A program made the translations under genes and the position numbers. A DNA stretch of 64,000 bases from Methanobacteriota archaeon (GTDB lineage Archaea; Thermoplasmatota; E2; DHVEG-1). The stretch covers positions 192,001-256,000 of the forward strand of contig CAVYNH010000004.1 of the NCBI GenBank assembly GCA_963769885.1. The letters run 5' to 3'. Below the pieces are notes generated by a model. The model was not told the DNA's origin and did not search any database. It saw nothing but the letters and a program-made list of their open reading frames with translations. Shown here one piece after another: positions 52,558 through 63,248 of this stretch. Every line of letters starts with the position of its first letter. The stretch's first letter is position 1.

Positions 52558-53571
52558 TTAGGGGAGGATCTGGTCGAAGACGTACTCCGCCCAGGAACGT
52601 AGTCCCAAGGCGACTTCGAGCTCCACCGGCGTAAGCATTGGTTTTTCATAGAGCGTGCTGTCGTCGATCGCGATCCGCGGGCATGCTGTCGAGACAAAAC
52701 ACTCAAGCTCCGTGAACCCTTGCAGCGCAAGGGGGGAACAGTGCTCAAGCAGCAAGAGGATTGCGGTCTTCCCCTGTTTGAGGAGCAGGTCCCGGATGTG
52801 TGTGGCGAGTGCGAGCCGCTGCTGACCCGCCTTCAAACCGATGATGATGCCGAACCGGGTGGCGTTCTGGGCGAGGGTAATCGCCGCGTAGCGCTGGCGC
52901 AGCAGCTTGTCCTTTACGGTTTCGATCTCTTCCCGTCGCACTTCGCCGGTGTACGGGTCGGCGGCGATGACTGGTTTCTGCGTCGCCAAGGCTAACCCTA
53001 CGGGGTGGAACATGCCGCTGCCGACGAACAGGAAGCAGTCGATCTGGTCTTGGATGAGGGTTCCGGCGGAGAAGTTGCAGCCGAGGATCTGGCCGCAGGC
53101 GGCTCGTGGGCCGCATTTTCCGATGACCGGGATGAAGTCATGGTTTTTCAGCGTGTCCTCGATTTTGGTGAGTTCTTCGAGATGCTGGGCCGTGGTCACG
53201 ATTCCGATGCGTTTGCCGACCAGCTGGGGAAGGGCTTGCTGCACGACTTTGGTGGGATCCCTTATCGAGAGCGCGTTCGCGTAGACGGTAGGGATGTCGC
53301 TTTTGAGGACCGGTACTTCGGTATGTCCAACGTGAATGACGAGGTCGATGTTCAGGCGTCGTAGTTTGTCCGAGGCGAGGTCGCAGGCGCCGTAGCAGGG
53401 GTCTGCACACAGCATCACGAGCGCCCCGGTCTTCTTCTCGAGAGTGTCGACAAGAGTGCGGGCGTGGGGTCGGAGTCCTTCCGGCATCTGCACGGCGACC
53501 GACGTCGCGTGTTTCTCTTTGATGGCGGTGATGATTCGTTGAATGTCGATGCGGTAGCCGGAGAGTTCCAT
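52558..53571 (-). CDS. dph2: Diphthamide biosynthesis enzyme Dph2
   Basis: QMPEGL, DPCYGACD, GQILGC, TACPRI..DD. Confidence 0.93.
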   Translation of the reverse strand: MELSGYRIDIQRIITAIKEKHATSVAVQMPEGLRPHARTLVDTLEKKTGALVMLCADPCYGACDLASDKLRRLNIDLVIHVGHTEVPVLKSDIPTVYANALSIRDPTKVVQQALPQLVGKRIGIVTTAQHLEELTKIEDTLKNHDFIPVIGKCGPRAACGQILGCNFSAGTLIQDQIDCFLFVGSGMFHPVGLALATQKPVIAADPYTGEVRREEIETVKDKLLRQRYAAITLAQNATRFGIIIGLKAGQQRLALATHIRDLLLKQGKTAILLLLEHCSPLALQGFTELECFVSTACPRIAIDDSTLYEKPMLTPVELEVALGLRSWAEYVFDQILP

Positions 53572-53575
53572 AGTC

Positions 53576-55168
53576 TTAGACAGCCTCTTGGAGCATGGTG
53601 ATGAGGTTTTGGTAGGAGTCCAGGCGATAGTCGTAGGAGTCATTGCCGGTGTTGAGGTCGAGGTGGATGCCGAGGGGCTCTTCGAAGGGTTCGAAGGTTC
53701 TTTTCTGGGCGAGGTAGATCTCCCAGCGGCCGTCGGAGACGGTTTTTTCTTTGAGGCGGTGTTCGAGGCGTTGTTTGACGAGGGCGTCGGGGGTCTCGCA
53801 GTGGACGACGACGAGGATCGCGTGGTTGCCTTCGGCGGCGGTGAGGGCGATTCTGCGGTGTTCTTGTTTTTGGAAGGTGGCGTCGAGGACGACGTGGTCG
53901 CCGCGGCTCATGAAGGCCCAGGCGAGGTCGATCATCTTGTGGTAGGTTTTGTCGACGTTTTTTGGGGTGTAGAGACCGATGTCGAGGGAATCGTGGTGTC
54001 GTTCGAAGGGATCGATGCCGGCGAGTTCTTTGCGGACGACGTCGGTGTTGAGGAGGTGGGCGCCGTAGTCGACCGATAGTTTTTCGGCGACGGTGGATTT
54101 GCCGGTGCCGGTGAGGCCGGCGACGAGGAAGAGGACGGGGTGGGTGCAGGTCTGGTCGAAGGTGAAGAGGCGGGTGTAGTAGCGGGCGAGGTCGTAGTAG
54201 CGGCGGGCGTCGCTGATGATGTGGTTTTTCTCTTTTTTTGGGAGTTTTTTATCGGCGAGGCGGAAGCCGAGGACTTTGCCGCGGACGTAGGCGCGGTAGG
54301 ATTTGTAGAAGTTGAGGACGCGGTGGATGTCGTGGTCGCCGGAGAGTTCGATGTAGCGGCGGATGAGGCGGCTGGCGAGGTAGGGGGCGTTGTGGCTGTC
54401 GAGGTCCATGGCGAGGAAGGCGATGTCGCTGGCGGCGTCGCAGTAGCGGAAGCGGGTGTTGAATTCGATGCAGTCGAAGATGCAGGGGTCGCCGTCGGTG
54501 ATGACGATGTTGCCGGTGTGGAGGTCGCCGTGGCAGTCGTGGATGCGGCCGTCGTTGATGCGTTGGGTGAAGACGGCGGCGTTGGTGGTGAAGTAGCGGT
54601 GGCAGGCTTCTTTGATGAAGTTGTAGATCTGGGTGGGGATGGTGACGTCGATCATGCTGGTGGTTTGTTCGAAGTTTTCGTCGATGTTGTGTTTGACGGC
54701 TTCCATGGTTGCGAATTGGTTTTTTTCTGGGGTGGGGTGGTCGTTGTTGTAGAAGTCGACGAGGCAGGCGACGAGGCGGTCGATGTGGTGGGGGGTGATC
54801 TTGCCGTGCTCGAGCATGGTGGTCATGATGTGGTCTTGGGGGAATTGTTTCATTTTGACGGCGTAGTCGACGACGTCTCCGTTGCCGTTGAGGCGGTAGG
54901 TGCTGTTGAGTTTGGTTATTGGGAGGACGTCGAGGTAGATGTCGGGGCAGAGGCGGCGGTTGAGTCTGAGTTCTTCGTCGCAGTAGTGTTTGCGTTTGTC
55001 GAGGGTGGAGAAGTCGAGGAAGCCGAAGTCGACGGGTTTTTTGATTTTATAGGCGTATTTTCCGGTGAGGGCGACGGTGGAGATGTGGGTGTGGATGATT
55101 TGGACGGTTTTGACGTGTGGGCCGTAGAAGGAGGGTTTGGTCATGGCGGTCTGGAGCGTCTCGGGCAT
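53576..55168 (-). CDS. APH-like kinase fused to P-loop AAA_33 domain
   Basis: KIKKPV, ELRLNRR, CHGDLH..NI, FDCIEFN; GLTGTGKST, D.VRK, LDATF. Confidence 0.88.
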   Translation of the reverse strand: MPETLQTAMTKPSFYGPHVKTVQIIHTHISTVALTGKYAYKIKKPVDFGFLDFSTLDKRKHYCDEELRLNRRLCPDIYLDVLPITKLNSTYRLNGNGDVVDYAVKMKQFPQDHIMTTMLEHGKITPHHIDRLVACLVDFYNNDHPTPEKNQFATMEAVKHNIDENFEQTTSMIDVTIPTQIYNFIKEACHRYFTTNAAVFTQRINDGRIHDCHGDLHTGNIVITDGDPCIFDCIEFNTRFRYCDAASDIAFLAMDLDSHNAPYLASRLIRRYIELSGDHDIHRVLNFYKSYRAYVRGKVLGFRLADKKLPKKEKNHIISDARRYYDLARYYTRLFTFDQTCTHPVLFLVAGLTGTGKSTVAEKLSVDYGAHLLNTDVVRKELAGIDPFERHHDSLDIGLYTPKNVDKTYHKMIDLAWAFMSRGDHVVLDATFQKQEHRRIALTAAEGNHAILVVVHCETPDALVKQRLEHRLKEKTVSDGRWEIYLAQKRTFEPFEEPLGIHLDLNTGNDSYDYRLDSYQNLITMLQEAV

Positions 55169-55230
55169 AATGGGGTATCAATGAACCGGTTGTGTTTTTA
55201 AAAGGTTCGTTTAGTTGAGTGCGGTGTTAT

Positions 55231-56493
55231 TTATGTATGGAAGAGGAGGAGGACGATGATGAGGTTGGAGGCGAGGGCAGCGATGCTGGCGGGGATGTAC
55301 ATCTTGTACATACGGGTGACGTCCGTATGAAGGTAGTCGCTGCTGAGGACGTTGCAGAGGTGGATGGGGCTGATGAGGTAGCCGATGAGGACGGCGATGA
55401 AGACGAGGCAGGTACAGCCGAGGACGGTGACGCCGCTGATGGCGATGAGGGGGGCAATGAGGGGGTAGGAGAGGGCGACGCTGGCGAAGTCGCTGCCGAT
55501 GAGCAGCGCGATGATGAGGGGGATGAGGATGATGACGGCGAGGGCGGGGATGGTGAGGGTCTGCATCCCTTGGGAGATGAAGGTGTCGACTTGGGAGAGC
55601 TCAATCATCTGGCGGAAGATCATGATGGCGAAGATCGCGGCGGCGAGGTTCCAGCTCAGGGATTTGCGGAGGATCTGCCATGAGGTTTTTTTGTCGGTGT
55701 TGGTGAGGATGAAGAGGAGGATGATGCCGACGGTGACGCCGATGATGAAGCTTTCGGTCTCATTGAATCCTACGAAGATCAGGGCGTAGAAGGGGAGTGG
55801 GATGATGGGTGGGAACAGGAATTTCAGCCCGGTGTAGTCTTTGTTTTGGGTCGTTGGTCGGGGTGGTTTTTGTCGCATGAAGCGGCGCATGTAGAGGTGG
55901 CCGATGAGGAGGTAGGCGATGAAGAAGGGGATGTCGGCGAGGATGAGGTTCTGGATGGGGATGTCGGAGAACTGGGTGCTGACGATGAGGATCATGGTCT
56001 GGCTGAGGGGAAAGATGGGGAACCAGAGGTGGCGGAACCAGACGTTGAGGACGTTTTTGTTGTCTTGGGTGAGGCCGTATTTGGTGCCTTCGTGGTCGAT
56101 GAGGGGGGCGGAGAAGAGGGCGCCGCCGGGGATGGGCATGAGGCCGTAGACGGCGGGGATGACGGCGATGGTGCCGCCTTTGGTGAAGATGGTGCGGAGG
56201 CTGTCGATGAGTCTGGTGATGGCCTTGGTTTCCTGCATGCATTTGGCGAGCATGAGGATGAGGGTCATGAGGATGGCGAGTTCGATGGTGTCAGTAACAA
56301 TCTGGTGAGTTGAGACGTTATAGATGACTGCGGTTAGAAATCCTTCGAGAATCTGTACCGGTGTCGCGACTTGCAGGGAGAAGATGGCGACGATGAGGGC
56401 GCCGATGATGAGTGCGAGGGCGAAGCTGACTTTCTTTCTGATGAGAACGAGGATGAGGATGAAGGCGATGAGGACCCCGATGAGGTTCAACAT
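55231..56493 (-). CDS. DUF401-family membrane transporter
   Basis: GLMPIPGGALFSAP, NVWFRH, SPIHLC. Confidence 0.82.
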   Translation of the reverse strand: MLNLIGVLIAFILILVLIRKKVSFALALIIGALIVAIFSLQVATPVQILEGFLTAVIYNVSTHQIVTDTIELAILMTLILMLAKCMQETKAITRLIDSLRTIFTKGGTIAVIPAVYGLMPIPGGALFSAPLIDHEGTKYGLTQDNKNVLNVWFRHLWFPIFPLSQTMILIVSTQFSDIPIQNLILADIPFFIAYLLIGHLYMRRFMRQKPPRPTTQNKDYTGLKFLFPPIIPLPFYALIFVGFNETESFIIGVTVGIILLFILTNTDKKTSWQILRKSLSWNLAAAIFAIMIFRQMIELSQVDTFISQGMQTLTIPALAVIILIPLIIALLIGSDFASVALSYPLIAPLIAISGVTVLGCTCLVFIAVLIGYLISPIHLCNVLSSDYLHTDVTRMYKMYIPASIAALASNLIIVLLLFHT

Positions 56494-56508
56494 ATGGTTA
56501 GTCCAAGG

Positions 56509-57810
56509 CTATCGGGCCGGGGTTTTTGTAGTTAACTCGACGGCTTGGCGGGAGGCTGCATCTATGGTCTTGTCGGCGTCAAGGGTGAGGAATTCGTGCT
56601 CCAGCATGAGTGGTGTTCCGTTCACAATGGTGGTGCTGACGTCGCTGCCGCGGACCGCGTACGTGAGGTGTGAGACGGGGTCGTGGACGGGGGTGAGGTG
56701 TAGTTTGTGCAGGTCGATGAGGATGAGGTCGGCGAGGCTGCCTTCCGTGAGGCTGCCGAGATGATTCTGTTGGAGGCTGGCGGCGCCGTTGACGGTGGCC
56801 ATGTCGAGGAGGGTCTGGGCGGGCATGACGGTGGGGTCCCAGCGGTGTTGTTTCTGGCCGAGGGCGGCGAATTTCATGGTGTCGAACATGTCGAGGATGT
56901 TGTTGCTGGCGGCACCGTCGGTGCCGAGGCCGACGCGAAGTCCTGCGGCGAGCATCTCCGGGATGGGAGCGTAGGCGCCGGTGCCGATCTTGTAGTTGCT
57001 GACGGGACAGTGGGCGACCGCGACGCCGGCGTCTTTCATAGTGGCGATCTCGGTTTTAGTGATCCAGCCACAGTGGGCGAGTACCATGCGTGGGGTAAGG
57101 AGGCCGAGGCTGTGGAATTGTTCGATGGGGCGTCTGTTGTATTTGTTCTCAACGTCGTAGACCTCGTCACGAGTCTCGGAGCAGTGGCTGTGGAGGAGCA
57201 CGTTGTTCTTGGTCGCAAGGTCGAGGCAGCGGGCGAGCGTCTCCGGGCTGCAGGTGTAGGCGCCGTGGGGGGCGACGACGGGATGGACCAGGGGGTCGTG
57301 CTGCCAGGTTTTAATGAATCGTTCGCAGGCGGGGAGGAGCTCGTTGGCTTTGTATTCAGCGGTGTCGAAGTCGAGGATGCCGAAACCGAGGAACCCGCGC
57401 ATCCCGGCTTTTTTGGTCACGGCGGCGACGTGTTCTTCGAAGAAGTACATGTCCAGAAAGGTGGTGGTCCCGGAAGCGATCATTTCGAGCAGGCCGAGGG
57501 TGGCGCCGGTCTCGATCGATTTGGGGGTGAGGCGGGCTTCGACGGGCCAGATGCAGTGTTGCAGCCAATCATTCAGGAGGCGGTCGTCGCCGTAGCCGCG
57601 TAGCAGCGTCATCGGCAGGTGGGTGTGGAGGTTGACGAGGCCGGGGAGGACGAGGGTGTCTTTGCCGTCGATTTTGTAGTCTGCCTCGACGGTGATCGGC
57701 CGTTCAGAAATCTGAGTGATGGTCTCTTGCTCTACAAGAAGGTCGCCGTGGAGCCGCCGCCGTTTCTCGTCTTGGGTGAGGATGGTGGCGTGTTTAATGA
57801 GTAGGCTCAT
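56509..57810 (-). CDS. Amidohydrolase, MTA/SAH/5'-deoxyadenosine deaminase family
   Basis: PGLVNLHTH, LRGYGDD, DMYF, HCSET, HCPVSN, LGTDGAASNN. Confidence 0.9.
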   Translation of the reverse strand: MSLLIKHATILTQDEKRRRLHGDLLVEQETITQISERPITVEADYKIDGKDTLVLPGLVNLHTHLPMTLLRGYGDDRLLNDWLQHCIWPVEARLTPKSIETGATLGLLEMIASGTTTFLDMYFFEEHVAAVTKKAGMRGFLGFGILDFDTAEYKANELLPACERFIKTWQHDPLVHPVVAPHGAYTCSPETLARCLDLATKNNVLLHSHCSETRDEVYDVENKYNRRPIEQFHSLGLLTPRMVLAHCGWITKTEIATMKDAGVAVAHCPVSNYKIGTGAYAPIPEMLAAGLRVGLGTDGAASNNILDMFDTMKFAALGQKQHRWDPTVMPAQTLLDMATVNGAASLQQNHLGSLTEGSLADLILIDLHKLHLTPVHDPVSHLTYAVRGSDVSTTIVNGTPLMLEHEFLTLDADKTIDAASRQAVELTTKTPAR

Positions 57811-58246
57811 CGGTGGGCTCGTCGTCGAAGAGGGGCGTGGCTTTCGCCCAGCTGTCCTCGAAGTAGCGGTTGAGTTTCTGTATCATGTCTTTTTCCACGG
57901 TCCAGATCCCCAGCTCGTTCTCCTGGATGGGTCCGGAGAGGATGAGGGCGCGGTTGTCGCCGAGGATGAAGTTGCCTTTGATGCCGCTGTGGTGCTTGAC
58001 GGCCATGCCGGTGAACATGGCCTTGTTGGGGTAGTCGTTGACGACGATCTTGGCGTTCTTGGGGAGGTCGATGCTGCCCATGGTCTCGGCGATGATGCGG
58101 GGGTTTTTGATTTCCTCGAGCGTCCATTTGTGGGTGGGCAGCGTCGCGGGGGCGGCGCGGTTGAAGCGCCGTAGCCCGAGTTCGATGGCGAAGCCGACCA
58201 CGACGACGCCGACGATTAGTCCGAGGATAAACGATACGACATCCAT
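57794..58246 (-). CDS. Hypothetical protein with N-terminal TM and PLD/TrmB-like degenerate domain
   Basis: TM helix; NFILGDNRALI..WT..YFEDSWAKA; no HKD motif. Confidence 0.7.
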   Translation of the reverse strand: MDVVSFILGLIVGVVVVGFAIELGLRRFNRAAPATLPTHKWTLEEIKNPRIIAETMGSIDLPKNAKIVVNDYPNKAMFTGMAVKHHSGIKGNFILGDNRALILSGPIQENELGIWTVEKDMIQKLNRYFEDSWAKATPLFDDEPTDEPTH

Positions 58247-58405
58247 CTCTCTCTAGTCTCCTTATGAAGAGTATTCGGGAGGCTGGATAAATAGATTGCC
58301 TTATTGCACTGGAACAAGGGGGTTTCCTTTGCTTGTTTTTTCCTGGTTTTTGAGGGGACGAAATTTTATTATACAACCCCGTCTTTATTGTGGGAAGGAT
58401 TTCCC

Positions 58406-58870
58406 ATGCATCGAGTGTTTTCACTCATGTGTATACTCGTTCTCGTAGCGGGCATCGCATCAACGGCAACTTCTGGGACCATCCGCACCCCAGCGCACTA
58501 CAGAGTCTTCGCTGGCGGGGACATCTTTTACGTGGACCCGTTCAACTGGACCTGGCATGGAAACCTTCACGAGTACAGGACGAACTACACGTCTCAGACC
58601 TATGGATTCTACTACAAGACGTGCATTTACATCATCAACCAAGGCGGGATGTCACTCGGCTGGTACTTCCTCTTCCTTCAAGAGAAAAAGACAAGAACCA
58701 TCTTCAATAAAAACCAGCTCCCCTATCAATTCATCATCTACAATTTCACAGGATCGATTAGTCTGTCGTATTATTACCACCCTCACGGCAGCATGGGCTG
58801 CGGTTTCAGGCTCATCGGCAACGCCGAATCCTACGCCCCCTACAATCCTTTCCCGCCTCTGAATAAGTAA
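58406..58870 (+). CDS. Hypothetical secreted protein
   Basis: Signal peptide; aromatic beta-rich body. Confidence 0.7.
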   Translation: MHRVFSLMCILVLVAGIASTATSGTIRTPAHYRVFAGGDIFYVDPFNWTWHGNLHEYRTNYTSQTYGFYYKTCIYIINQGGMSLGWYFLFLQEKKTRTIFNKNQLPYQFIIYNFTGSISLSYYYHPHGSMGCGFRLIGNAESYAPYNPFPPLNK

Positions 58871-58938
58871 TCGTCACAAGGTAATCTTTATGTGCCATTG
58901 ATGAATTCAGGTCAAATCTTGTTCCTGGGGATTCTCCT

Positions 58939-59856
58939 ATGGATACCATCCTTCAGACACGCATCGCGGACCTCAAGAAGAAGCACCACATCCTGCTCCT
59001 GGCGCACAACTACCAGCCGCCAGAGATCCAGGACGCGGCCGACTTCATCGGCGACAGCCTCGACCTCGCCATCAAAGCCACCAAGACCACAGCCGACGTC
59101 ATCGTCTTCTGCGGCGTCTCGTTCATGGCCGAGGCCGCCAAGATCCTCAACCCGGACAAGACCGTGATCCTGCCCGACCCCACCGCCACCTGCCCCATGG
59201 CCAACATGGCCACCCCCACCGACCTGCGCCTCCTCATGAAGAAACACCCGAAGGCCGCCGTCGTCGCCTACATCAACACCAACGCCGACGTCAAGGCCCT
59301 CGCCACCATCTGCTGCACCAGCGCCAACGGCGTCACCGTCGTCAACAGCCTCAAAGAAAAGGAGATCATCTTCGTCCCGGACAAGAACCTCGGCGCCTAC
59401 ATCCAACAGCAGGTCCCAGACAAGAAACTCATCCTCTGGCCCGGGTACTGCCACACCCACCAGGACATCCTCCCCGACGACATCCGCACGCTGAAGGCCG
59501 CACATCCGAAGGCCGAGGTCCTCGCCCACCCCGAATGCCGCCCCGAGGTCATCGCCCTCGCCAACCACGTCTGCTCCACCAACGGCATGGTCACCCGCGC
59601 CAAAGCCTCGACCACGACCGAGTTCATCATCGGCACCGAACAAGGCCTCTGCTACCGTCTCGAAAAAGAAATACCGAACAAAAAATTCTACCCGATTCCT
59701 AAGGCTTTCTGCCCCAACATGAAGAAAATCACCATAGAAAAACTCATAAAGAGCATGGAGACTTTAGAGCCAGAGGTCCACCTTTCACCGCAGATTATGC
59801 AACAAGCTAAACAACCACTCCAACACATGATGGACCTGGGGATGAGCAGACCATGA
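58939..59856 (+). CDS. nadA: Quinolinate synthase
   Basis: LAHNYQ, GDSL, FCGV.FMAE, CPMA, YIN, CTSAN, HPEC, CPNMK. Confidence 0.97.
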   Translation: MDTILQTRIADLKKKHHILLLAHNYQPPEIQDAADFIGDSLDLAIKATKTTADVIVFCGVSFMAEAAKILNPDKTVILPDPTATCPMANMATPTDLRLLMKKHPKAAVVAYINTNADVKALATICCTSANGVTVVNSLKEKEIIFVPDKNLGAYIQQQVPDKKLILWPGYCHTHQDILPDDIRTLKAAHPKAEVLAHPECRPEVIALANHVCSTNGMVTRAKASTTTEFIIGTEQGLCYRLEKEIPNKKFYPIPKAFCPNMKKITIEKLIKSMETLEPEVHLSPQIMQQAKQPLQHMMDLGMSRP

Positions 59857-61022
59857 GAGAAGTCTTCCTCGACTACGCCTCGACCACACCCATCGACCCT
59901 GACGTGATCAAAGCCGTCACCACCGCCTTCACCGCCGACATCGGCAACCCCTCCTCCATCCACCACTTCGGCCGCAAAGCCCGCGAAGACGTCGAAGCCA
60001 ACCGCGACGCCGTCGCCCGGCTCCTCGGCGCCAAACACGACGAGATCATCTTCACCGCCGGCGGCACCGAAGCCGACAACCTCGCCATCAAAGGCGTCGC
60101 TTACGCCCACCCCGAAAAAACCAAGACCAAAGGCCCCCACATCATCACCAGCGCCATCGAACACCCCGCCGTCCTCGAACCCTGCCGCAGCCTCGAAGCC
60201 GACGGCTACCAAGTCAAGTACCTCCCTGTCGATAAATACGGCCTCATCGACCCCACCGATGTCGAACACAGCATCACCAAAAACACCTTCCTCATCACCA
60301 TCATGACCGCCAACAACGAGATCGGCACCATCCAACCCATCCAAGAAATCGGCAAGATCGCCCATGAGCACAACATCCTCTTCCACACCGACGCCGTCCA
60401 AGCCGTCGGTAAACTCCCCATCGACGTCAAAAAACACCACATCGACCTCCTCAGCCTCTCCGCCCACAAATTCTACGGCCCCAAAGGCATCGGCGCCCTC
60501 TACGCCCGCAACGGCGTCCAAATCAAGCCCCTCATCCACGGCGGCGGCCACGAAAAAGGACTACGAAGCAGCACCCTCAACGTCCCCGGCATCGTTGGCC
60601 TCGGCAAAGCAGCCCAGCTCGCCAGCCAACGCCTCATCACCGACGTCGACAAAATGACACAGCTGCGCGAACACCTCATCAACCGCACCCTCGCCATTGA
60701 AGAAAGCTACCTCAACGGCCACCCCACCAAACGCCTCTGCAACAACGCCCACTTCCGATTCACCGGCATCGAAGGCGAAAGCCTACTCCTCGGCCTCGAC
60801 GACAAAGGCATCGCCGCCAGCACCGGCTCCGCCTGCTCCAGCCAAAAACAGCAGGCCAGCCACGTCCTCCTCGCCATCGGCCTCACCCCCATCGAAGCCC
60901 ACGGCAGCCTGCGGTTCAGCCTCGGCCGCACAACCACAAAAGATGATCTCGATTACGTCGCCGACCAACTCCCCGCGATCGTCGGCCGCCTCCGCCAGAT
61001 GTCCCCGATGTGGAACCGCTAA
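59853..61022 (+). CDS. iscS: Cysteine desulfurase (IscS/NifS)
   Basis: LDYASTTP, GNPSS, IEHPAV, HTDAVQ, SAHKFYGPKG, STGSACSS. Confidence 0.95.
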   Translation: MREVFLDYASTTPIDPDVIKAVTTAFTADIGNPSSIHHFGRKAREDVEANRDAVARLLGAKHDEIIFTAGGTEADNLAIKGVAYAHPEKTKTKGPHIITSAIEHPAVLEPCRSLEADGYQVKYLPVDKYGLIDPTDVEHSITKNTFLITIMTANNEIGTIQPIQEIGKIAHEHNILFHTDAVQAVGKLPIDVKKHHIDLLSLSAHKFYGPKGIGALYARNGVQIKPLIHGGGHEKGLRSSTLNVPGIVGLGKAAQLASQRLITDVDKMTQLREHLINRTLAIEESYLNGHPTKRLCNNAHFRFTGIEGESLLLGLDDKGIAASTGSACSSQKQQASHVLLAIGLTPIEAHGSLRFSLGRTTTKDDLDYVADQLPAIVGRLRQMSPMWNR

Positions 61023-61035
61023 AACCAAGGATGTT

Positions 61036-61764
61036 ATGAAGAACGCCGTCTGCCTCCTCTCCGGAGGACTCGACTCCGCGGTCACCGCCTACGTGGCCCA
61101 CCACGACGGCTACGCGGTGCACGCCCTCTCCTTCTCCTACGGCCAGCGTCACAACCGAGAGATCGCCAGCGCCCGGGCCATCGCCACAGCAGTCGGCGCC
61201 ATCCGCCATAAGATCCTCCCGCTGCCGCTCGACCAAATCGGCGGCTCCTCCCTGACCGCCAGCGAGCCGATCGCGGACCACGACTACCGTGACATCGGCG
61301 CCGAGATCCCCCGGACCTATGTGCCCGCCCGCAACACGATCTTCCTTTCCTTCGGCCTTGCGTATGGGGAAGTCGTCGGCGCAGACGCCATCTACATCGG
61401 CGTCAACGCCGTGGACTACTCCGGGTACCCCGACTGCCGCCCCGAGTACATCGAGGCGTTCCAGCGGCTCGCGAACGTCGCGACCAAGCAAGCGGTCGAG
61501 GGCCATCCCATCAGGCTGCAAACGCCGCTCATCAGCCTCTCCAAGGCCGACATCGTCCGGCTCGGCACGCGACTTCATGTTCCTTTTGAGCACACGTGGT
61601 CCTGTTACCGTGGGGGCGCGAAAGCGTGCGGGCGGTGTGACTCCTGTCTTTTACGCTTGCGCGGCTTCCAGGACGCGGGTATCCTCGACCCTCTCACGTA
61701 CGAAACCTACCCAGCTTGGTACACGCTGAAGAAAACAGGGAAGAAACCGGAAAAGAAAAGATAA
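61036..61764 (+). CDS. queC: 7-cyano-7-deazaguanine (preQ0) synthase
   Basis: SGGLDS, YGQRH, YVPARN, YPDCR, SCY..CGRCDSC. Confidence 0.96.
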   Translation: MKNAVCLLSGGLDSAVTAYVAHHDGYAVHALSFSYGQRHNREIASARAIATAVGAIRHKILPLPLDQIGGSSLTASEPIADHDYRDIGAEIPRTYVPARNTIFLSFGLAYGEVVGADAIYIGVNAVDYSGYPDCRPEYIEAFQRLANVATKQAVEGHPIRLQTPLISLSKADIVRLGTRLHVPFEHTWSCYRGGAKACGRCDSCLLRLRGFQDAGILDPLTYETYPAWYTLKKTGKKPEKKR

Positions 61765-61770
61765 GAGGAT

Positions 61771-62595
61771 TTATTTTTTCGACTCGTTGGTGTCCTTCTT
61801 TCGATGGACGTAGTCCCGGACATCCAGGATGATCGGAATCGAAATCAGCAGCGCCAGCACGATGCCCAGGCAGATCAAGCTGTCCTCATGCACATTGGCC
61901 ACTGTGTTCTTCCCATGCAGGACATCCTCGAAGAAGAGGTTGATCGTCCCGACCCAGGGGATCTCCCCGCGGGCCTTCCCGGTGATCCACTGCGGCAGCA
62001 CCGGCTGCGGACAGATCTCGGAGACCTGATCAATGATCCTGTTGTGATCCCCTTTTGTGAGGAACCCGGAGTGCGTCCAATCTGGCTTGGCATCATGGAG
62101 ATTAAGAGCATCGATGGTGATTGACGTCGCATTATAGATCCCGTAGTCCCTGATCGTGTAATAGGTCTGTCCGTTCTGAAAGGTGACGTTGACCCAGCAC
62201 ATCGCCCGATGGATGATCTGGCTGACGTCGGAGTGTCCCATCGGTTTATAGATCACCACGTCACCGTAGTTCCCGTACGTTTGCAGGCCGTTCTGCGCCT
62301 GCGCCCCGCTGATCGGGCCCCCATGTGGGACCACATCCTTTACCGAGGTGACCTTGACGACCAGGACCATGTCCCCGGCGTCAATCGTGCCGAGACGGCC
62401 GAACGGCGCATTGTCATGCTCCATGCTGCCGGACTCGATCGCCACCATCGGCGCCGCGAGCCACTGCCCCGTGTACGCCCACAGCAGCATCAGGATGATG
62501 AACACGGCCAGGAGCGCGACCAATACGTCGCGGACGAGGGCTACCGTGGAATTCTCTGTATGCCAGAAACGCCGAAAAGCTGTAGGTACGTTCAT
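61771..62595 (-). CDS. Signal peptidase I (archaeal S26B/Sec11 type)
   Basis: ESGSME, IIHRA, TKGDHN..D, flanking TMs. Confidence 0.9.
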   Translation of the reverse strand: MNVPTAFRRFWHTENSTVALVRDVLVALLAVFIILMLLWAYTGQWLAAPMVAIESGSMEHDNAPFGRLGTIDAGDMVLVVKVTSVKDVVPHGGPISGAQAQNGLQTYGNYGDVVIYKPMGHSDVSQIIHRAMCWVNVTFQNGQTYYTIRDYGIYNATSITIDALNLHDAKPDWTHSGFLTKGDHNRIIDQVSEICPQPVLPQWITGKARGEIPWVGTINLFFEDVLHGKNTVANVHEDSLICLGIVLALLISIPIILDVRDYVHRKKDTNESKK

Positions 62596-62708
62596 GGGAC
62601 ACCAGGGTTAACCGCTAGGCGAAGACAGAAGGGAACTCGAGTCGACCGTGAACCCCTCCACTTGTCTGTATCCCCTGCACATACAAGGGTCATTTAAACT
62701 TTACCGTC

Positions 62709-63248
62709 TCACCGGCCCCGCACCGCCGACTCAGCCACGCGGGACTTCCGTTGCGCGGCCACCCGCGTCTTCGTCCCACAGACCGGACAGACCGAAACCT
62801 TGTCCGCGAACCGCCGTCCGCAGCCCGGGCAGCAGACCACCCACGTGATCCGCCTGGTGATCCCCTCCTGCGACAGGCCTAGGTACTTCACCTGCAGGCT
62901 CCGTGCGAGGTTCTGAATCGAATAATCATCGGTGAGGACAATCGCCTCCTGCACCGGGTCCATGTTGATATCAAGGGCGACCGCCAAGACCTCCAGGTCC
63001 GTCGGCGACAGCCGCGCGATGTCTCCGGATCGGGTCGCGGCCTTACGAACCCGCGCCACGGAGGCCGCCGACGGCTTGTAGATGCCCAACCCCTTCTCCT
63101 GCAGGAGCTGAAACGACCGGTAATCCCTCCCGCCGGGACGCAGCTCCGCCGCGACCCCAGGCGCCGTAATCATCGGCCCACTGCTGATGTTGATCGGCTT
63201 CCCCGAAAGGAGCGCCGAGGTATCAAGGATGTACGTCGGCTGTTTCAT
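62709..63248 (-). CDS. nob1: NOB1-family PIN endonuclease with Zn ribbon
   Basis: ILDTSA, LSPTD, TDDYSIQN, CPGC..CPVCG. Confidence 0.93.
   Translation of the reverse strand: MKQPTYILDTSALLSGKPINISSGPMITAPGVAAELRPGGRDYRSFQLLQEKGLGIYKPSAASVARVRKAATRSGDIARLSPTDLEVLAVALDINMDPVQEAIVLTDDYSIQNLARSLQVKYLGLSQEGITRRITWVVCCPGCGRRFADKVSVCPVCGTKTRVAAQRKSRVAESAVRGR

Noticed and set aside
60697-61035. N-terminal extensions in the ORF track (queC; also aIF2alpha to 50555, dph2 to 53643, 27878..28507)
   Set aside because: They overlap upstream genes in another frame; internal ATGs match the family N-termini
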